Shown: positions 44,516 to 56,960 of the stretch, in pieces
How positions within the stretch are numbered: the first letter of the stretch is position 1
Layout of the letters: each line of letters opens with the position of its first letter
Assembly (NCBI GenBank): GCA_020343875.1
Contig: CP070811.1
Location: 4,176,018 to 4,240,017, forward strand
Direction: 5' to 3'
Source of the DNA: Anaerolineales bacterium
GTDB taxonomy: Bacteria > Chloroflexota > Anaerolineae > 4572-78 > NAK82
Length of the DNA stretch: 64,000 bases
Notes under the pieces: model-generated
What the model saw: the letters and a program-made list of their open reading frames with translations, nothing else
Databases searched by the model: none
What the model was told of the DNA's origin: nothing
Program-made: the position numbers and the translations under genes

Positions 44516-46879
44516 ATGATCCAAAAACTCCAGCTCGAAATCCCTCTCTTGCTGCCCCAGATTCCCGACGAGCAGGATGGCTGCGTCACTCGCTTGCAAG
44601 AGGCACTAACAGCCCGTCGGGGCGTCAGCCGGGCGCACATCAAGCGGGAGAATGGGGTCGCCCACTTGTGCCTGCATTATGACCCGGGCCTGGTGAGTCT
44701 GGTTGAGGTGCGCCGCACCGCCGAGCAGGCCGGCGCTGAGCTGACAAATCGCTATCGGCACCAATCGCTGCCTATCGACGGCATGGACTGCGCCGACTGT
44801 GCCCTGGTCATCGAGCACAGCCTGAACCGGTTGGATGGGGTGTTGAGTGCCAGTGTCAACTATGCTGCGGGCCAGCTTTGGATCGAGTACGACACCACCC
44901 TTGTTCGGCGCAGGGCCATTCTGCGGCGCATTGAGCATCTTGGCTACCGGGCGATCCAAGACAGAAGGGAGACGTGGTGGCAGCGCAACCGGGAATTGGT
45001 GCTGGTTGGCCTAGCTGGGCTCTTTCTACTTATTGGTTGGATTGGCGAGGCTTACTTCGGCCTGCAGCAGCCAGTGGCGGTTGGCTTTTTTGTCCTGGCC
45101 TATGCTGCCGGCGGCTACGACGTCAGCCGGCACGCCTTGCCGGCTCTACTCAGGCTGCACTTTGATACAGACGTCTTAATGATACTGGCTGCCATTGGAG
45201 CCGCGATTTTGGGCGAATGGGCCGAAGGTGCATTTTTGCTTTTCCTATTTGGCCTGGGGCACGCCGGCGAGCACTACGCAATTAGCCGTGCCCGATATGC
45301 CATCCGGGCCTTGGCTAACTTGGCGCCGAAAACCGCTCGTGTGCGGCGGGGCGATCAGGAGATGGAAGCGCCCGTGACTGATCTACACTTGGGTGATATC
45401 GTTCTGATCCGCAATGGCGAACGCATCGCCGCTGACGGTCGTGTCGTAGGAGGCCGATCAGCCGTGGATCAGAGTCCCATAACCGGTGAAAGCCTGCCGG
45501 TGGATAAAGGGCCGGGCGATGAAGTGTTCGCTGGCACCGTCAATGGCGATGGCTCCTTGGAGGTTGAGGTCACCAAACGGGCCCAAGATACTACTCTCAG
45601 CCGCGTGATCCAGATGGTGACCGAGGCTCAAGGCCAAAAAGCCCCCACTCAGCGTGACACCGAGCGTTTTACTCGCATTTTTGTGCCCGTTGTGCTGGCC
45701 TTGGATGCCTTAGTGATAGTCTTGCCTCCTCTGCTGGGCTGGGCTGGCTGGAGCGACAGCTTCTTGCGAGGCATGGTGCTGCTGGTGGCGGCCAGCCCTT
45801 GCGCTCTGGTCGTCGGCACGCCAGCGTCTGTCTTGGCGGGTATCGCCCAGGCGGCTCGTAATGGGGTGCTTGTCAAAGGCGGTGCCCATTTGGAGAACTT
45901 GGGTGGATTGGATGCGTTGGCCTTCGACAAGACTGGCACCATCACGCGTGGCCGGCCGGAGCTAACCGATCTGGTGGTTGCCAACCAACAACCAGTGACC
46001 GCAGACGACCTGCTGCGCTTGAGCGCTGCGGTGGAGAGTCGGAGCAACCACCCGCTGGCCCAGGCCGTCGTTCGGGCCGCTACAGCGCGCGGACTGAGCC
46101 TGCCTGAAACGGGCGACTTGGAAGCAATCAACGGGCGCGGCGTCCGCTCGTCTGTCAGAGGCCACCCCACACTCATTGGTAACCTGAGGCTCTTTGATGG
46201 CGAAGGACTGTGTGTGCCCCAGGAATTGCAGATGACTGTGGAGCGGCTGGAGCATGAGGGAAAGACCACCATGATTGTCTACGGGCCAGCCTCAGACGAT
46301 GACGTGCGATTCCTGGGTGTCATCGCTGTGGCCGACATCCCTCGCCAGACCGCCCGGACCGCCTTGCGGGAGCTGAAGCAAATGGGCATCTGCAAGACGG
46401 TGATGCTGACTGGGGACAATGGGCGGGTGGCGGCTGCCATCGCTCAACAGGTGGGGCTGACTGACTACCGGGCTAACCTATTGCCAGCTCAAAAAGTGGA
46501 GGCTATCAGAACCCTGACCGCTGAATATGGCCGGGTAGCCATGATCGGCGACGGAGTGAACGATGCTCCGGCCCTGGTCCAGGCTACTGTGGGCATCGCC
46601 ATGGGCGGTGCCGGGGCTGACGTAGCCTTGGAAACGGCCGACGTGGCTCTCATGGCAGATGATCTGAGCAAGTTGCCCTTTGCTGTCGGTCTCGGCCGGG
46701 CTACACGCCGCATCATTCGCCAGAACCTGGTCATCTCGTTGGGCGTAATCCTTTTGCTCATCGCTACTTCAGTCAGCGGTGTTTTTGGCCTGAGTCTGGC
46801 AGTTGTCGTGCATGAGGGGAGCACCCTGGTAGTGGTGGCCAATGCCCTGCGCCTGCTGGGGTTCAAGGGGAGCAGCTGA
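44516..46879 (+). CDS. Heavy-metal-translocating P1B-type ATPase
   Basis: HMA domain with GMDCADCA. TGES. TM6 ASPCAL (SPC). FDKTGTIT phosphorylation site. GDGVNDAP. The last TM has HEGSTLVVV. ATG 44516 lies 13 nt after the arsR-like stop. Confidence 0.95.
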   Translation: MIQKLQLEIPLLLPQIPDEQDGCVTRLQEALTARRGVSRAHIKRENGVAHLCLHYDPGLVSLVEVRRTAEQAGAELTNRYRHQSLPIDGMDCADCALVIEHSLNRLDGVLSASVNYAAGQLWIEYDTTLVRRRAILRRIEHLGYRAIQDRRETWWQRNRELVLVGLAGLFLLIGWIGEAYFGLQQPVAVGFFVLAYAAGGYDVSRHALPALLRLHFDTDVLMILAAIGAAILGEWAEGAFLLFLFGLGHAGEHYAISRARYAIRALANLAPKTARVRRGDQEMEAPVTDLHLGDIVLIRNGERIAADGRVVGGRSAVDQSPITGESLPVDKGPGDEVFAGTVNGDGSLEVEVTKRAQDTTLSRVIQMVTEAQGQKAPTQRDTERFTRIFVPVVLALDALVIVLPPLLGWAGWSDSFLRGMVLLVAASPCALVVGTPASVLAGIAQAARNGVLVKGGAHLENLGGLDALAFDKTGTITRGRPELTDLVVANQQPVTADDLLRLSAAVESRSNHPLAQAVVRAATARGLSLPETGDLEAINGRGVRSSVRGHPTLIGNLRLFDGEGLCVPQELQMTVERLEHEGKTTMIVYGPASDDDVRFLGVIAVADIPRQTARTALRELKQMGICKTVMLTGDNGRVAAAIAQQVGLTDYRANLLPAQKVEAIRTLTAEYGRVAMIGDGVNDAPALVQATVGIAMGGAGADVALETADVALMADDLSKLPFAVGLGRATRRIIRQNLVISLGVILLLIATSVSGVFGLSLAVVVHEGSTLVVVANALRLLGFKGSS

Positions 46880-46946
46880 GTGGGCGGCGTGTGACGAGTG
46901 ATAGGCTGCGCTTGATGCGCAGGCCATACCCACAGCGTTCTAGGTA

Positions 46947-49556
46947 CTACTCATGCTGTATCGCCTCAATAATCCTCACTGTGGCCGCCCGCCAGGCGGG
47001 GTAGAGGGCTGCCCCCTGCGAAACGAGCAATGCAATAAGCAGGCTGACGACCAGGGCCATCGGCGGCAGATTGTAGTTCACCGTGTAGCCAGCGATTACC
47101 TCTAATCCTAACAAGAAGACCTGCGCCAGGAAGAAGCCGAAGACTGTGCCAAAGAGCCCTCCCACGGCCCCCATCGCCCCGCTTTCAGCCAGCACCATGC
47201 GGGCGACTTGAATCCGGGTCATGCCCAGGCTGCGCAGCCCGCCAATCTCCCGCTGCCGCTCGAAGACATTCATCATCAAGGTGTTGACCACCCCCAGGGC
47301 GGCGATTATCACGCCAATGAGACCCAGCACGTCGAAGAGAGCGAAGGCTTGTGCGGTCAGATCGTTTACCTTTGCCCGAAAGTCAGTCGCCGTTTCGACC
47401 ACGATGTGCCGGCTGCCACCGTAGCGTTCCTCCAGTCGCTTTGCCTCAGCCTGTGGGTCGGTTCCAGGCTTGAGGCCAACGATGAACTGGTCGGCGGTGC
47501 CTTCACCAAAATACCGCGCCAGGTCATCCCGCGTACCATTAACTACGTAGCCTTGGCTGGTGAAATCTACTACCACGCCGGCTACCCGAAAATCGTGCTC
47601 GCCGCGCCGAGTCTCGAGCCGTAGGCTATCCCCGGCCATCAGGCCATACCGATCGGCCAGTGCCGTGGAGATAAGCAGGGCGTTGCCAGCGGTCAGCTCG
47701 GCCAGGGCTGCTGGCAGGCTGGCCCTCGGGTCCTCAAACACGAAAGATGCCACCTGAGAATAAGTCTCTGGATCAATAGCGACGAAGAGGAGCGTATCGG
47801 CCTTCTCCGGATTCCCAGTGGGCGATACACGTCGCACCAGGTGAAAGGTAACCGGGCTGACAGCTGTCACAGCCGGATCGGATTGAAGCCTCTGCCCAAA
47901 CTCAGCCCGCATAGGAATGGGCGAGCGGACGTACAAATCACCACCGATGGCCGTTTGTACCCAGTTACTGATGTCCACCTCAAAGCTGGTGGTGAGGGCC
48001 TGGATGCCGATGATCATGGCGATTCCTACCATTAAGGCAGCCACCGTCAGTGCCGTGCGCCCCTTCGCCCGCTGGATGTTGCTCGCTCCCAGCCGCCCCT
48101 CACCCTGGTAGACAGCGCTCAGCACCGGTCTCAGCAGGCGTTCGAAGCCACCGATGGTGATGGGCACGGCCAGGGTCGCTCCCAGCAGCAGGATAAAAAT
48201 ACTGGCCGCTCCTACTGGATATTGCACTTCGGGCCGGAAGGGGATACGGTATAGGGCCAGGTAAGCTGTCGCGATGAGGCCTATCCCGACCAGCCAGCCA
48301 TACCGTCCCAGTGGCATACTCTGAGGCTTGGCCGTGACTCGCAGCGCCTCCAGTGGCGAGATGTCACGCGCGCGCCAGGCAGGCAGTGAGGCCGAGGCCA
48401 GCGTGACCCCCAGTCCTACCAACAGCGAGGTCAACAAGCCTTCTACAGGCACGGTAATTTGGTTGATTTGAGTGGCTGTGACAGCTCCCATGGAGCGCAT
48501 CAACCCGCGTGATAGCAGAAGCCCAAACCCTGCGCCTGCTGCTGAGCCGATGCCCCCCAGCAGGGTTGCCTCAGCCAGGACCAACAGGGTGACTTGGAGG
48601 CGTGTCATGCCCAATGTGCGCAGCATGCCGATTTCGCGGGTGCGTTCTACCACTGTCATCGTGAAGGTGTTGTAGATGAGAAAAGCTCCAACGAAGAGAG
48701 CCATGGCGCTGAAGAAGCTCAGGCCCAGCTGGTACGAAGCCAACATCTTGGAGGCAACCGCCCCGCGTGCTGCAGGGTAGAGGGCCTGATAGCCGCGGCC
48801 CAAGCTTTCGGCCAGCTTCGATTTGAGTTCCTCCAGCCGAGGAGGTGATGCTGCGATGGAAGCTTCCACCACTACGTCAATCTGGCTCAAATCGCTCCCC
48901 AGATTAAAGACCGCCTGGGCTGCACCTATGGGCACGATGGCGACTGCGCCGTTGTTCTGCACGCCGGGGCCAGCCTCGCGGATGAGGCCCACGATGCGAA
49001 ATGCCTCCACCTTGTCCGAGGCTAGGATGTTCAAGTCATCCCCGACCGAGAGGCCCTGCTCCTGAGCGTAGTCTTGTACCAGTAAGGCAACGTAGGCATC
49101 CTCATCCTCTGGAAGGAAGTCGCCAGCTGCCAGGTCGTAGTCCCGCACGTCCCGGTCCAGGGCCGGATCTACGCCGAAGACGAGCAGGTCGTTGGCGCTG
49201 CTGGCACCTGTTACACTAAAGGCCAGCTCCCACTGATCCGCGTCGGCGGCCAGCAGCGTTTTCTGGCTGACGCTAGGCACGGCCTGGCGCACGCCCGGTA
49301 TTTTGCCCACCCGAACCAACGTGCTCCCATCAAAGGGTTCGCCTGCTGCTGAGTTGCTGGTGATCACCAGATCCGCCCGCCCCGAGGCTTCGTCAAAGAT
49401 GCGCCGGATGGAAGCTAGCGTGCTTTCGTTGGTGATGGCAATAGCCAGCACAACAGCCACGCCCAGCGCAATACCGGTAATGGTAAGCACCGTGCGGCTC
49501 TTGCGGCTCCACATATTGCGGAAAGCGAAGCGGATGAACGAGAACAAGCTATTCAT
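46947..49556 (-). CDS. ABC transporter permease with duplicated FtsX/MacB-type domains
   Basis: Two copies of a large extracytoplasmic domain followed by four TM helices, each with an FtsX-like motif (TVVERTREIGMLRTLGMTR and MNVFERQREIGGLRSLGMTR). Lies downstream of its ATPase gene. Confidence 0.9.
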   Translation of the reverse strand: MNSLFSFIRFAFRNMWSRKSRTVLTITGIALGVAVVLAIAITNESTLASIRRIFDEASGRADLVITSNSAAGEPFDGSTLVRVGKIPGVRQAVPSVSQKTLLAADADQWELAFSVTGASSANDLLVFGVDPALDRDVRDYDLAAGDFLPEDEDAYVALLVQDYAQEQGLSVGDDLNILASDKVEAFRIVGLIREAGPGVQNNGAVAIVPIGAAQAVFNLGSDLSQIDVVVEASIAASPPRLEELKSKLAESLGRGYQALYPAARGAVASKMLASYQLGLSFFSAMALFVGAFLIYNTFTMTVVERTREIGMLRTLGMTRLQVTLLVLAEATLLGGIGSAAGAGFGLLLSRGLMRSMGAVTATQINQITVPVEGLLTSLLVGLGVTLASASLPAWRARDISPLEALRVTAKPQSMPLGRYGWLVGIGLIATAYLALYRIPFRPEVQYPVGAASIFILLLGATLAVPITIGGFERLLRPVLSAVYQGEGRLGASNIQRAKGRTALTVAALMVGIAMIIGIQALTTSFEVDISNWVQTAIGGDLYVRSPIPMRAEFGQRLQSDPAVTAVSPVTFHLVRRVSPTGNPEKADTLLFVAIDPETYSQVASFVFEDPRASLPAALAELTAGNALLISTALADRYGLMAGDSLRLETRRGEHDFRVAGVVVDFTSQGYVVNGTRDDLARYFGEGTADQFIVGLKPGTDPQAEAKRLEERYGGSRHIVVETATDFRAKVNDLTAQAFALFDVLGLIGVIIAALGVVNTLMMNVFERQREIGGLRSLGMTRIQVARMVLAESGAMGAVGGLFGTVFGFFLAQVFLLGLEVIAGYTVNYNLPPMALVVSLLIALLVSQGAALYPAWRAATVRIIEAIQHE

Positions 49557-49609
49557 TCGAAAGTCTACTCGGTGAAGATATGCTGCTCATCAGAGGTATC
49601 TGTGAAAAC

Positions 49610-49654
49610 GAATAACGAGTCAACGAGGGCTGTCAACTCGTTGACTCGTTATTC
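49610..49654. other. Perfect 18-bp inverted repeat (stem-loop) between the ABC ATPase and permease genes
   Basis: GAATAACGAGTCAACGAG (49610-49627), 9-nt loop, CTCGTTGACTCGTTATTC (49637-49654). On the coding (minus) strand the hairpin is followed by GTTTTC. Confidence 0.6.
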
Positions 49655-49678
49655 AATGGTTTGTTGGCCTGTTACGCA

Positions 49679-50458
49679 TCAATCAGTTGGTTGGCCACTT
49701 TGGGCGTTTTGCCCCGATACCTCCAGAGCGCGCAAATGCCGCTGGATCTGGCGTACGTCTTCTACCTGGTCGCCGGTCATCTTCAAGTGATCTACGATAC
49801 GCCCGTCCATCAAAAAGGTCACCCGGTCGGCAAAACTGGCTGCTTTGGCGTCGTGAGTGACTACCACGATAGTCTGTCCAAACTCGTCGCACGAGCGGCG
49901 CAGCAAGCCCAGGATCTCTTCGCCGGTCTTGCTATCCAGGTTGCCGGTCGGCTCGTCGGCCAGCACAATGGCTGGATCGGTGACGAAGGCACGCGCAATC
50001 GCAACGCGCTGCTGCTGGCCGCCGGAGAGTTGATCCGGCTTATGATCCCGGCGATCAGCCAGGCCGACCAGCGCCAGTAACCTGTCTATCTTCTCTTTGT
50101 GCTTCTTAATATTTTGCCCATCAATCAGCAGCGGCAAGGCGATATTCTCCTCTGCGGTGAGGGTGGGTAGTAGATTGAAGAATTGAAAGATGAAGCCGAC
50201 GTTTCGACGACGGATGAGGGTGATCTGGTTGTCGCTAAGCTTGGAGAGTTGTCGCCCGGCCAGGGCTACCTCGCCATCGCTCGGGCCGTCCAGGCCACCC
50301 AGCAGGTGGAGCAGCGTGCTCTTGCCGCTGCCTGAGGGGCCCATAATGGCCACGAACTCCCCCTCTCCCACCGTAAAGTCCACCCCTGCCAGCGCATCCA
50401 CGGTCACTTCGCCCATTTGATATTGCTTGCTTACTCGCTGCGTTTCGAGGATGGGCAT
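49679..50458 (-). CDS. ABC transporter ATP-binding protein (MacB/LolD-like)
   Basis: Walker [12 protein letters not shown]. Signature [14 protein letters not shown]. Walker [19 protein letters not shown] lies 9 nt before ATG 50458. ATG 50476 is an alternative start. Confidence 0.9.
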   Translation of the reverse strand: MPILETQRVSKQYQMGEVTVDALAGVDFTVGEGEFVAIMGPSGSGKSTLLHLLGGLDGPSDGEVALAGRQLSKLSDNQITLIRRRNVGFIFQFFNLLPTLTAEENIALPLLIDGQNIKKHKEKIDRLLALVGLADRRDHKPDQLSGGQQQRVAIARAFVTDPAIVLADEPTGNLDSKTGEEILGLLRRSCDEFGQTIVVVTHDAKAASFADRVTFLMDGRIVDHLKMTGDQVEDVRQIQRHLRALEVSGQNAQSGQPTD

Positions 50459-50482
50459 CCCGCTATTCCCTTTCATCTTTTT

Positions 50483-51868
50483 TCACAATTGCCCCGCCCC
50501 CGTCCAGTTCTCCAGTAGCTTCTGATAGGCAGGGTCTTGGTATCGCTTCAGATCGAAAGCCGGCGCATGGTGCGGCAACTCGCCCCCTGTCAGGTGTGCC
50601 GCCAGCACCTCCCCTAACGCTGGTGCGGCCATCAAACCAAATCCCGATAATGCGCCCAGAACGTGGCTGCCTTCCACGGGCAGGGGGCTGGCCAGGGGCC
50701 GATTCTCCCGAGTTTTGGTGTAATAGCCGCCATCCACCACCGGTCTGGGCATACGGTCAAAATAAGCCCTCAAGCCAGAGAACACAGTGGCGAGTCCGCG
50801 TAGAACGATTTCGGGGTAGTGCGGGTCATATCTAAGGGGGAAGACAGGCTCGACCGGGTTGGTGTCGTAGGTCCACAGAATCAGTACGATGTTGCTTTCG
50901 GGGCTCCCTTCCGGGCGGGCGTGGACGCCGGCCGGAAATTCGTCCAACAGATATCTGGTCTGTTCAGACTCGGCCAGTACCACCCGCTCTTCTTCCGACC
51001 AGGGCAGATGCTGAGGATCGGTCCAGATAACCATAGGCGCCTCGCGCGGCACAGCCCCCAAGTGATCGTTGAAAGCAACCTTGACGTGGCATTCGGAGAA
51101 GACTGGCAGGTCGACTCCGACCATGTGTCCCACCTCCTTCAGGAAGGGCCCGGCTGCAACGACGAAGTTGGGAGTCGAGATGGTCCTGGAACCGCCGCTG
51201 CTGCTCAGTTGAACAGCCTGCACCCGGCCTTTGTCTACTTGAACACCTTCTACTCGCGCCTCCAAAAGCCGGGCTCCCCGCTGCCGGGCCTGCTCCAACA
51301 TCGTCATACCCAACTGTTGCGCGCTGAACCAACCGGCGCGCCGGGCGTGAACGACTGCCAGCGTACTCTTGGGAAGGTAGGGAAAGTGCTTCTGGATTAA
51401 GGCCGGGTCGAGGATCATGTCGGCGCCGGTGGGCTGATCCTCGAAGCCATAGGCAGGGGCAGGGATGTAGGTACCTTCGCCGGGCTGCCCGGTATGATAA
51501 CGCGCAGGGCCGGCACCCAGTTCGGCCGCCTCCTCGGCGACTGCGGTAAAATCGGAGATGCGGGCCGGATCAGCTGTGGCGAAGAGATAACCACGCCGGT
51601 TGAGCTGAAAGGCATTACCAGTTTGGTGCGCCAATTCCTCCATAATGTCAATACTGCGGTTCATCAGGCTGACCATCGCATCTCCCGGCCCAGGCCACCA
51701 ATTGCGATAGCATTCGGTGGATTTGTCGCTGGTCAGGCTGAGCGGCGGGCGCTCGTCTACCAGCACTACCTTATCAAGACCATGCTTGCCAGCCAGGTGG
51801 TAGGCAGCTGCGATTCCGGCAATGCCCGCCCCGCAGATGACCACGTCGGCAGTGTCCTGGGGTTTCAT
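50483..51868 (-). CDS. FAD-dependent oxidoreductase (DAO/glycine-oxidase-like family)
   Basis: ADVVICGAGIAGIAAAYHLA...VVLVDE dinucleotide-binding fold. AAGGAG precedes ATG 51868. ATG 51883 is an alternative start. Confidence 0.8.
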   Translation of the reverse strand: MKPQDTADVVICGAGIAGIAAAYHLAGKHGLDKVVLVDERPPLSLTSDKSTECYRNWWPGPGDAMVSLMNRSIDIMEELAHQTGNAFQLNRRGYLFATADPARISDFTAVAEEAAELGAGPARYHTGQPGEGTYIPAPAYGFEDQPTGADMILDPALIQKHFPYLPKSTLAVVHARRAGWFSAQQLGMTMLEQARQRGARLLEARVEGVQVDKGRVQAVQLSSSGGSRTISTPNFVVAAGPFLKEVGHMVGVDLPVFSECHVKVAFNDHLGAVPREAPMVIWTDPQHLPWSEEERVVLAESEQTRYLLDEFPAGVHARPEGSPESNIVLILWTYDTNPVEPVFPLRYDPHYPEIVLRGLATVFSGLRAYFDRMPRPVVDGGYYTKTRENRPLASPLPVEGSHVLGALSGFGLMAAPALGEVLAAHLTGGELPHHAPAFDLKRYQDPAYQKLLENWTGAGQL

Positions 51869-51912
51869 TGTGCTCCTTTCCATTGCAGTTCAGCACATTA
51901 CGTGCCAAGTCG

Positions 51913-53739
51913 TTACCCAGGGGCGACTTCCCGGAACTGCCGAGCATACAATTCGGCGTATGCCCCGCCTTGGGCCAACAGATCCTGGTGGGTGCCATGC
52001 TCGACGATACGCCCATCCTCCAGCACATAAACCTGGTCGGCACTTCGGACAGTGCTTAACCGGTGGGCGATGACGAAGCTGGTCCGACCCTGCAACAACT
52101 TCTCCAGCGCACTCTGGATAATTAGCTCGGTGCGGGTGTCCACGTTGGCTGTCGCCTCGTCCAGGATGAGAATACGCGGGTCGGCCAGCACGGCACGGGC
52201 CAGGCTGATGAGCTGCCTCTGGCCCTGGCTGAGGGTGCCACCTCGCTCGCCCAGCTCGGTCTGATAACCGTCAGGCAGACTCATGATGAACGTGTCGGCC
52301 CCAACGGCCCTGGCGGCACTTTCGATCTCCTTGTCGCTGGCATCCAGTCGACCGTAACGGATGTTATCGACCACCGTACCTGCAAAAAGGAAGCTGTCTT
52401 GCAGCACTACCCCCATCTGCTTGCGCAGGCTGGCCCGGGTCACGCTGCGCACATCTGCCCCGTCAATTAGCACTCGACCGCCGCTCACGTCGTAGAAACG
52501 CCCCAGCAGGTTGATCAGCGTCGTCTTGCCCGCGCCGGTAGGCCCCACGATAGCGATGGTCTGACCCGGTTCGGTGCTCAGATTGATCTCGCGCAGCACT
52601 GCGTCTCCTATGCCAGTCCGTCCGTCCCCGTTTCCTCGGCTGGCATAAGAGAAGCTGACGTGCTCGAAGACCACCCGGCCCTGAATGAGCGGCATCTCGC
52701 GGGCATCCTGGCTGTCCACCAGGTCCAAGGGTTCGTCCAGCAGATCGAAGATGCGCTCCCCGGCTGCCAGTGTCGCCTGCAGGAGGGCGTACACCTGGCT
52801 GATTTGCTGCACCGGGCGGAAGAACTGCTGAACATAACGCAGGAACGACACCACCAACCCCACCGTCACCAGCCCAGCAATGGCCAGGTAGCCGCCGTAT
52901 CCAGCCACGATGGCGGTGGCAATGGTACTCAGCACGTCCATCGCCGGCGCAAAGGCGGAGGTGACGCCCACTGCGCTCACATTGGCATCCCGATTGGCGG
53001 CGTTGAGTTCAGCAAAGCGCTGGCGATCCATCCCTTCCCGGCTAAACGCTTGGGCCACCCGCACTCCTGAGATTTTCTCTTCGAGTTCCACGCTCACGTC
53101 ACCAATAGTCTCGCGAGTTTCGCGGAAGGCAACTCGGGCGCGTCGGGCTAGGAGGTTGGTGATCAGCACCATCAGCGGGATGACCGAAAAGCTGACCAGC
53201 GCCAGCCGCCAGCTGAGGGCGACCATAGCCACTACAATGCCAGCCATCTGGAAAATGCCACTCAGCATTTGCACCAATCCGTTGCTCAATAACTGGTTGA
53301 GTACGTCTACGTCATTGGTCAGGCGACTCATCAGGTCGCCGGCATCATGGCGGTCGAAGTAGCTGAGCGACAGCGCTTGAATCTTGGCGAAAATTTCCTC
53401 GCGGATGCGGGCCAATACGTTCTGGCCCACCCAGCCCATCACATAGAACTGCCCGGCCATCGTCACCAGGCTCAACAGGTAGGTGCCCAGCAGGAGCGGT
53501 ACAGTGCGCCCCAGGCCAGCTCGGTCATTGACCGCAATGAACTGATCGATAGCCCGCCCAATGAGAAAAGGCGCAGCGGCGAATGAGATCGCGTTGATCA
53601 CTACCAGGATCAGCACCCCGATTAGATGAGGCAAGAACGGCTTGAGGTAACTGGACAGCCGCACCGCCACTGCCCCTTGGTTGTAGGCGCGCTCTTCATC
53701 TAATTCAAGCACGCGTCTGAAACCGTGCATCATGCCCAT
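51913..53739 (-). CDS. ABC exporter, fused TMD-NBD half-transporter (multidrug/lipid type, partner B)
   Basis: Six-TM domain. Walker A GPTGAGKTTL. Signature LSQGQRQLISLARA. Walker B ILILDEATA. Confidence 0.9.
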   Translation of the reverse strand: MGMMHGFRRVLELDEERAYNQGAVAVRLSSYLKPFLPHLIGVLILVVINAISFAAAPFLIGRAIDQFIAVNDRAGLGRTVPLLLGTYLLSLVTMAGQFYVMGWVGQNVLARIREEIFAKIQALSLSYFDRHDAGDLMSRLTNDVDVLNQLLSNGLVQMLSGIFQMAGIVVAMVALSWRLALVSFSVIPLMVLITNLLARRARVAFRETRETIGDVSVELEEKISGVRVAQAFSREGMDRQRFAELNAANRDANVSAVGVTSAFAPAMDVLSTIATAIVAGYGGYLAIAGLVTVGLVVSFLRYVQQFFRPVQQISQVYALLQATLAAGERIFDLLDEPLDLVDSQDAREMPLIQGRVVFEHVSFSYASRGNGDGRTGIGDAVLREINLSTEPGQTIAIVGPTGAGKTTLINLLGRFYDVSGGRVLIDGADVRSVTRASLRKQMGVVLQDSFLFAGTVVDNIRYGRLDASDKEIESAARAVGADTFIMSLPDGYQTELGERGGTLSQGQRQLISLARAVLADPRILILDEATANVDTRTELIIQSALEKLLQGRTSFVIAHRLSTVRSADQVYVLEDGRIVEHGTHQDLLAQGGAYAELYARQFREVAPG

Positions 53740-53836
53740 CTAATTGTACCTCTAGCCATGGATGACCGACCACGCAAGACAGGCGACCTGCGGACCAGTG
53801 ATGTGAGATTCACAATCGCTTTCCTCCTCCGTCTGT

Positions 53837-55606
<1,770 letters not shown>

Positions 55607-55785
55607 CTGGCTGGATTATACCAGCCTGCTATGCCGTCGTCAACGGAAAGCAGGTTCCTGGTTCATCCCTATCCCGGTTATACCAGATGAACAAAGGCGC
55701 AGCAAAAGGCCAAGCTTCTGCCGCGCCTTACTTTAGGTCTTCGAATCTTTCCCAATAGCTGAACGACTTCGGTGGCCAAGATTGC

Positions 55786-56838
55786 TTAGGCGATGGTCAC
55801 CTCGTCCGATAGGTATACGTCTTGAATGGCGTTAAGCAGCCTGACGCCCGCATCCATTGGCTTCTGGAAGGCCTTACGGCCCGAGATAAGGCCCATACCG
55901 CCCGCCCGCCTGTTGATGACCGCCGTCCGCACTGCCTGGGCCAGGTCGTTCTCGCCCGAAGCGCCACCCGAGTTGATCATGCCTATGCGGCCCATGTAGC
56001 AATTGGCCACCTGGTAGCGCACCCGGTCGATGGGGTGATCGCTGCTCAGCTCTGTGTACACCTTCGGGTGCGTCTTGCCGAACTTGAGGGCGGTGTAACC
56101 ACCATTGTTTTCGGCTTGCTTCTGCTTGATGATGTCGGCCTCAATGGTGACACCCAGATGGTTGGCCTGCCCGCTCAAGTCAGAGGATAGGTGATAATCT
56201 ACTCCCTCATGCTTGAAAGCGGGGTTGCGCAAGTAGGCCCACAGCACAGTGAGCATGCCCAGCTCGTGGGCATAGGCAAAAGCCTCGCTGACCTCCTGGA
56301 TTTGGCGGCGCGATTCGGGCGCCCCATAGTAAACCGTGGCCCCAATTGCCATAGCGCCCAGTTCGAAGGCCTGCTGCACGCTGGCAAAGAGAGTCTGGTC
56401 GAAAATATTGGGATAGGTCAGGAGCTCGTTGTGGTTGATCTTGACAATGAAGGGAATCTTATGCGCGTATTTGCGCGAGACCGCTCCCAGCACCCCTAAC
56501 GTAGAGGCCACTGCGTTGCAGCTCCCCTCGATGGCCAACTTGATAATGTTTTCGGGATCGAAGTAAATGGGGTTGGGGGCGAAGGAGGCCCCGGCTGAGT
56601 GTTCGATGCCCTGATCCACAGGCAGAATGGACAGATAGCCAGTGCCGCCCAGGCGCCCGGTGTTGAAGATGGTCTGCATAGCACGCAACACTGCGGTAGG
56701 ACGATCGGTGTGGACCATCACTCGGTCCACGAAATCGGGGCCGGGCAGGTGCAGCATATCCTTGGGGATCCCAGTACACGTGTAATCTAGTAGGCTTTCA
56801 GCCTCTTCGCCTAACAGATCTGCAATTGGGGTAGCCAT
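55786..56838 (-). CDS. fbaB: Class I fructose-bisphosphate aldolase (FbaB/DhnA type)
   Basis: Matches E. coli FbaB over most of its length as I recall it ([73 protein letters not shown]). Confidence 0.9.
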   Translation of the reverse strand: MATPIADLLGEEAESLLDYTCTGIPKDMLHLPGPDFVDRVMVHTDRPTAVLRAMQTIFNTGRLGGTGYLSILPVDQGIEHSAGASFAPNPIYFDPENIIKLAIEGSCNAVASTLGVLGAVSRKYAHKIPFIVKINHNELLTYPNIFDQTLFASVQQAFELGAMAIGATVYYGAPESRRQIQEVSEAFAYAHELGMLTVLWAYLRNPAFKHEGVDYHLSSDLSGQANHLGVTIEADIIKQKQAENNGGYTALKFGKTHPKVYTELSSDHPIDRVRYQVANCYMGRIGMINSGGASGENDLAQAVRTAVINRRAGGMGLISGRKAFQKPMDAGVRLLNAIQDVYLSDEVTIA

Positions 56839-56960
56839 TTATGTTACTCCTTAATAATTGAATGGTCTTGGCTGTTGAAGCTGGCGTGCAGTCGCTCGGA
56901 TTGCTCTCTTGGCACTTGCCAGATGGCATAAACGGTCATGGCATCTGCCAGCATCTCCAT

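Noticed and set aside
49557-49609. Hammerhead-like CUGAUGAG...CGAA string on the minus strand, just upstream of the FtsX permease start.
   Set aside because: The sequences that would have to form stems II and III are not complementary, so this is a chance core match only.
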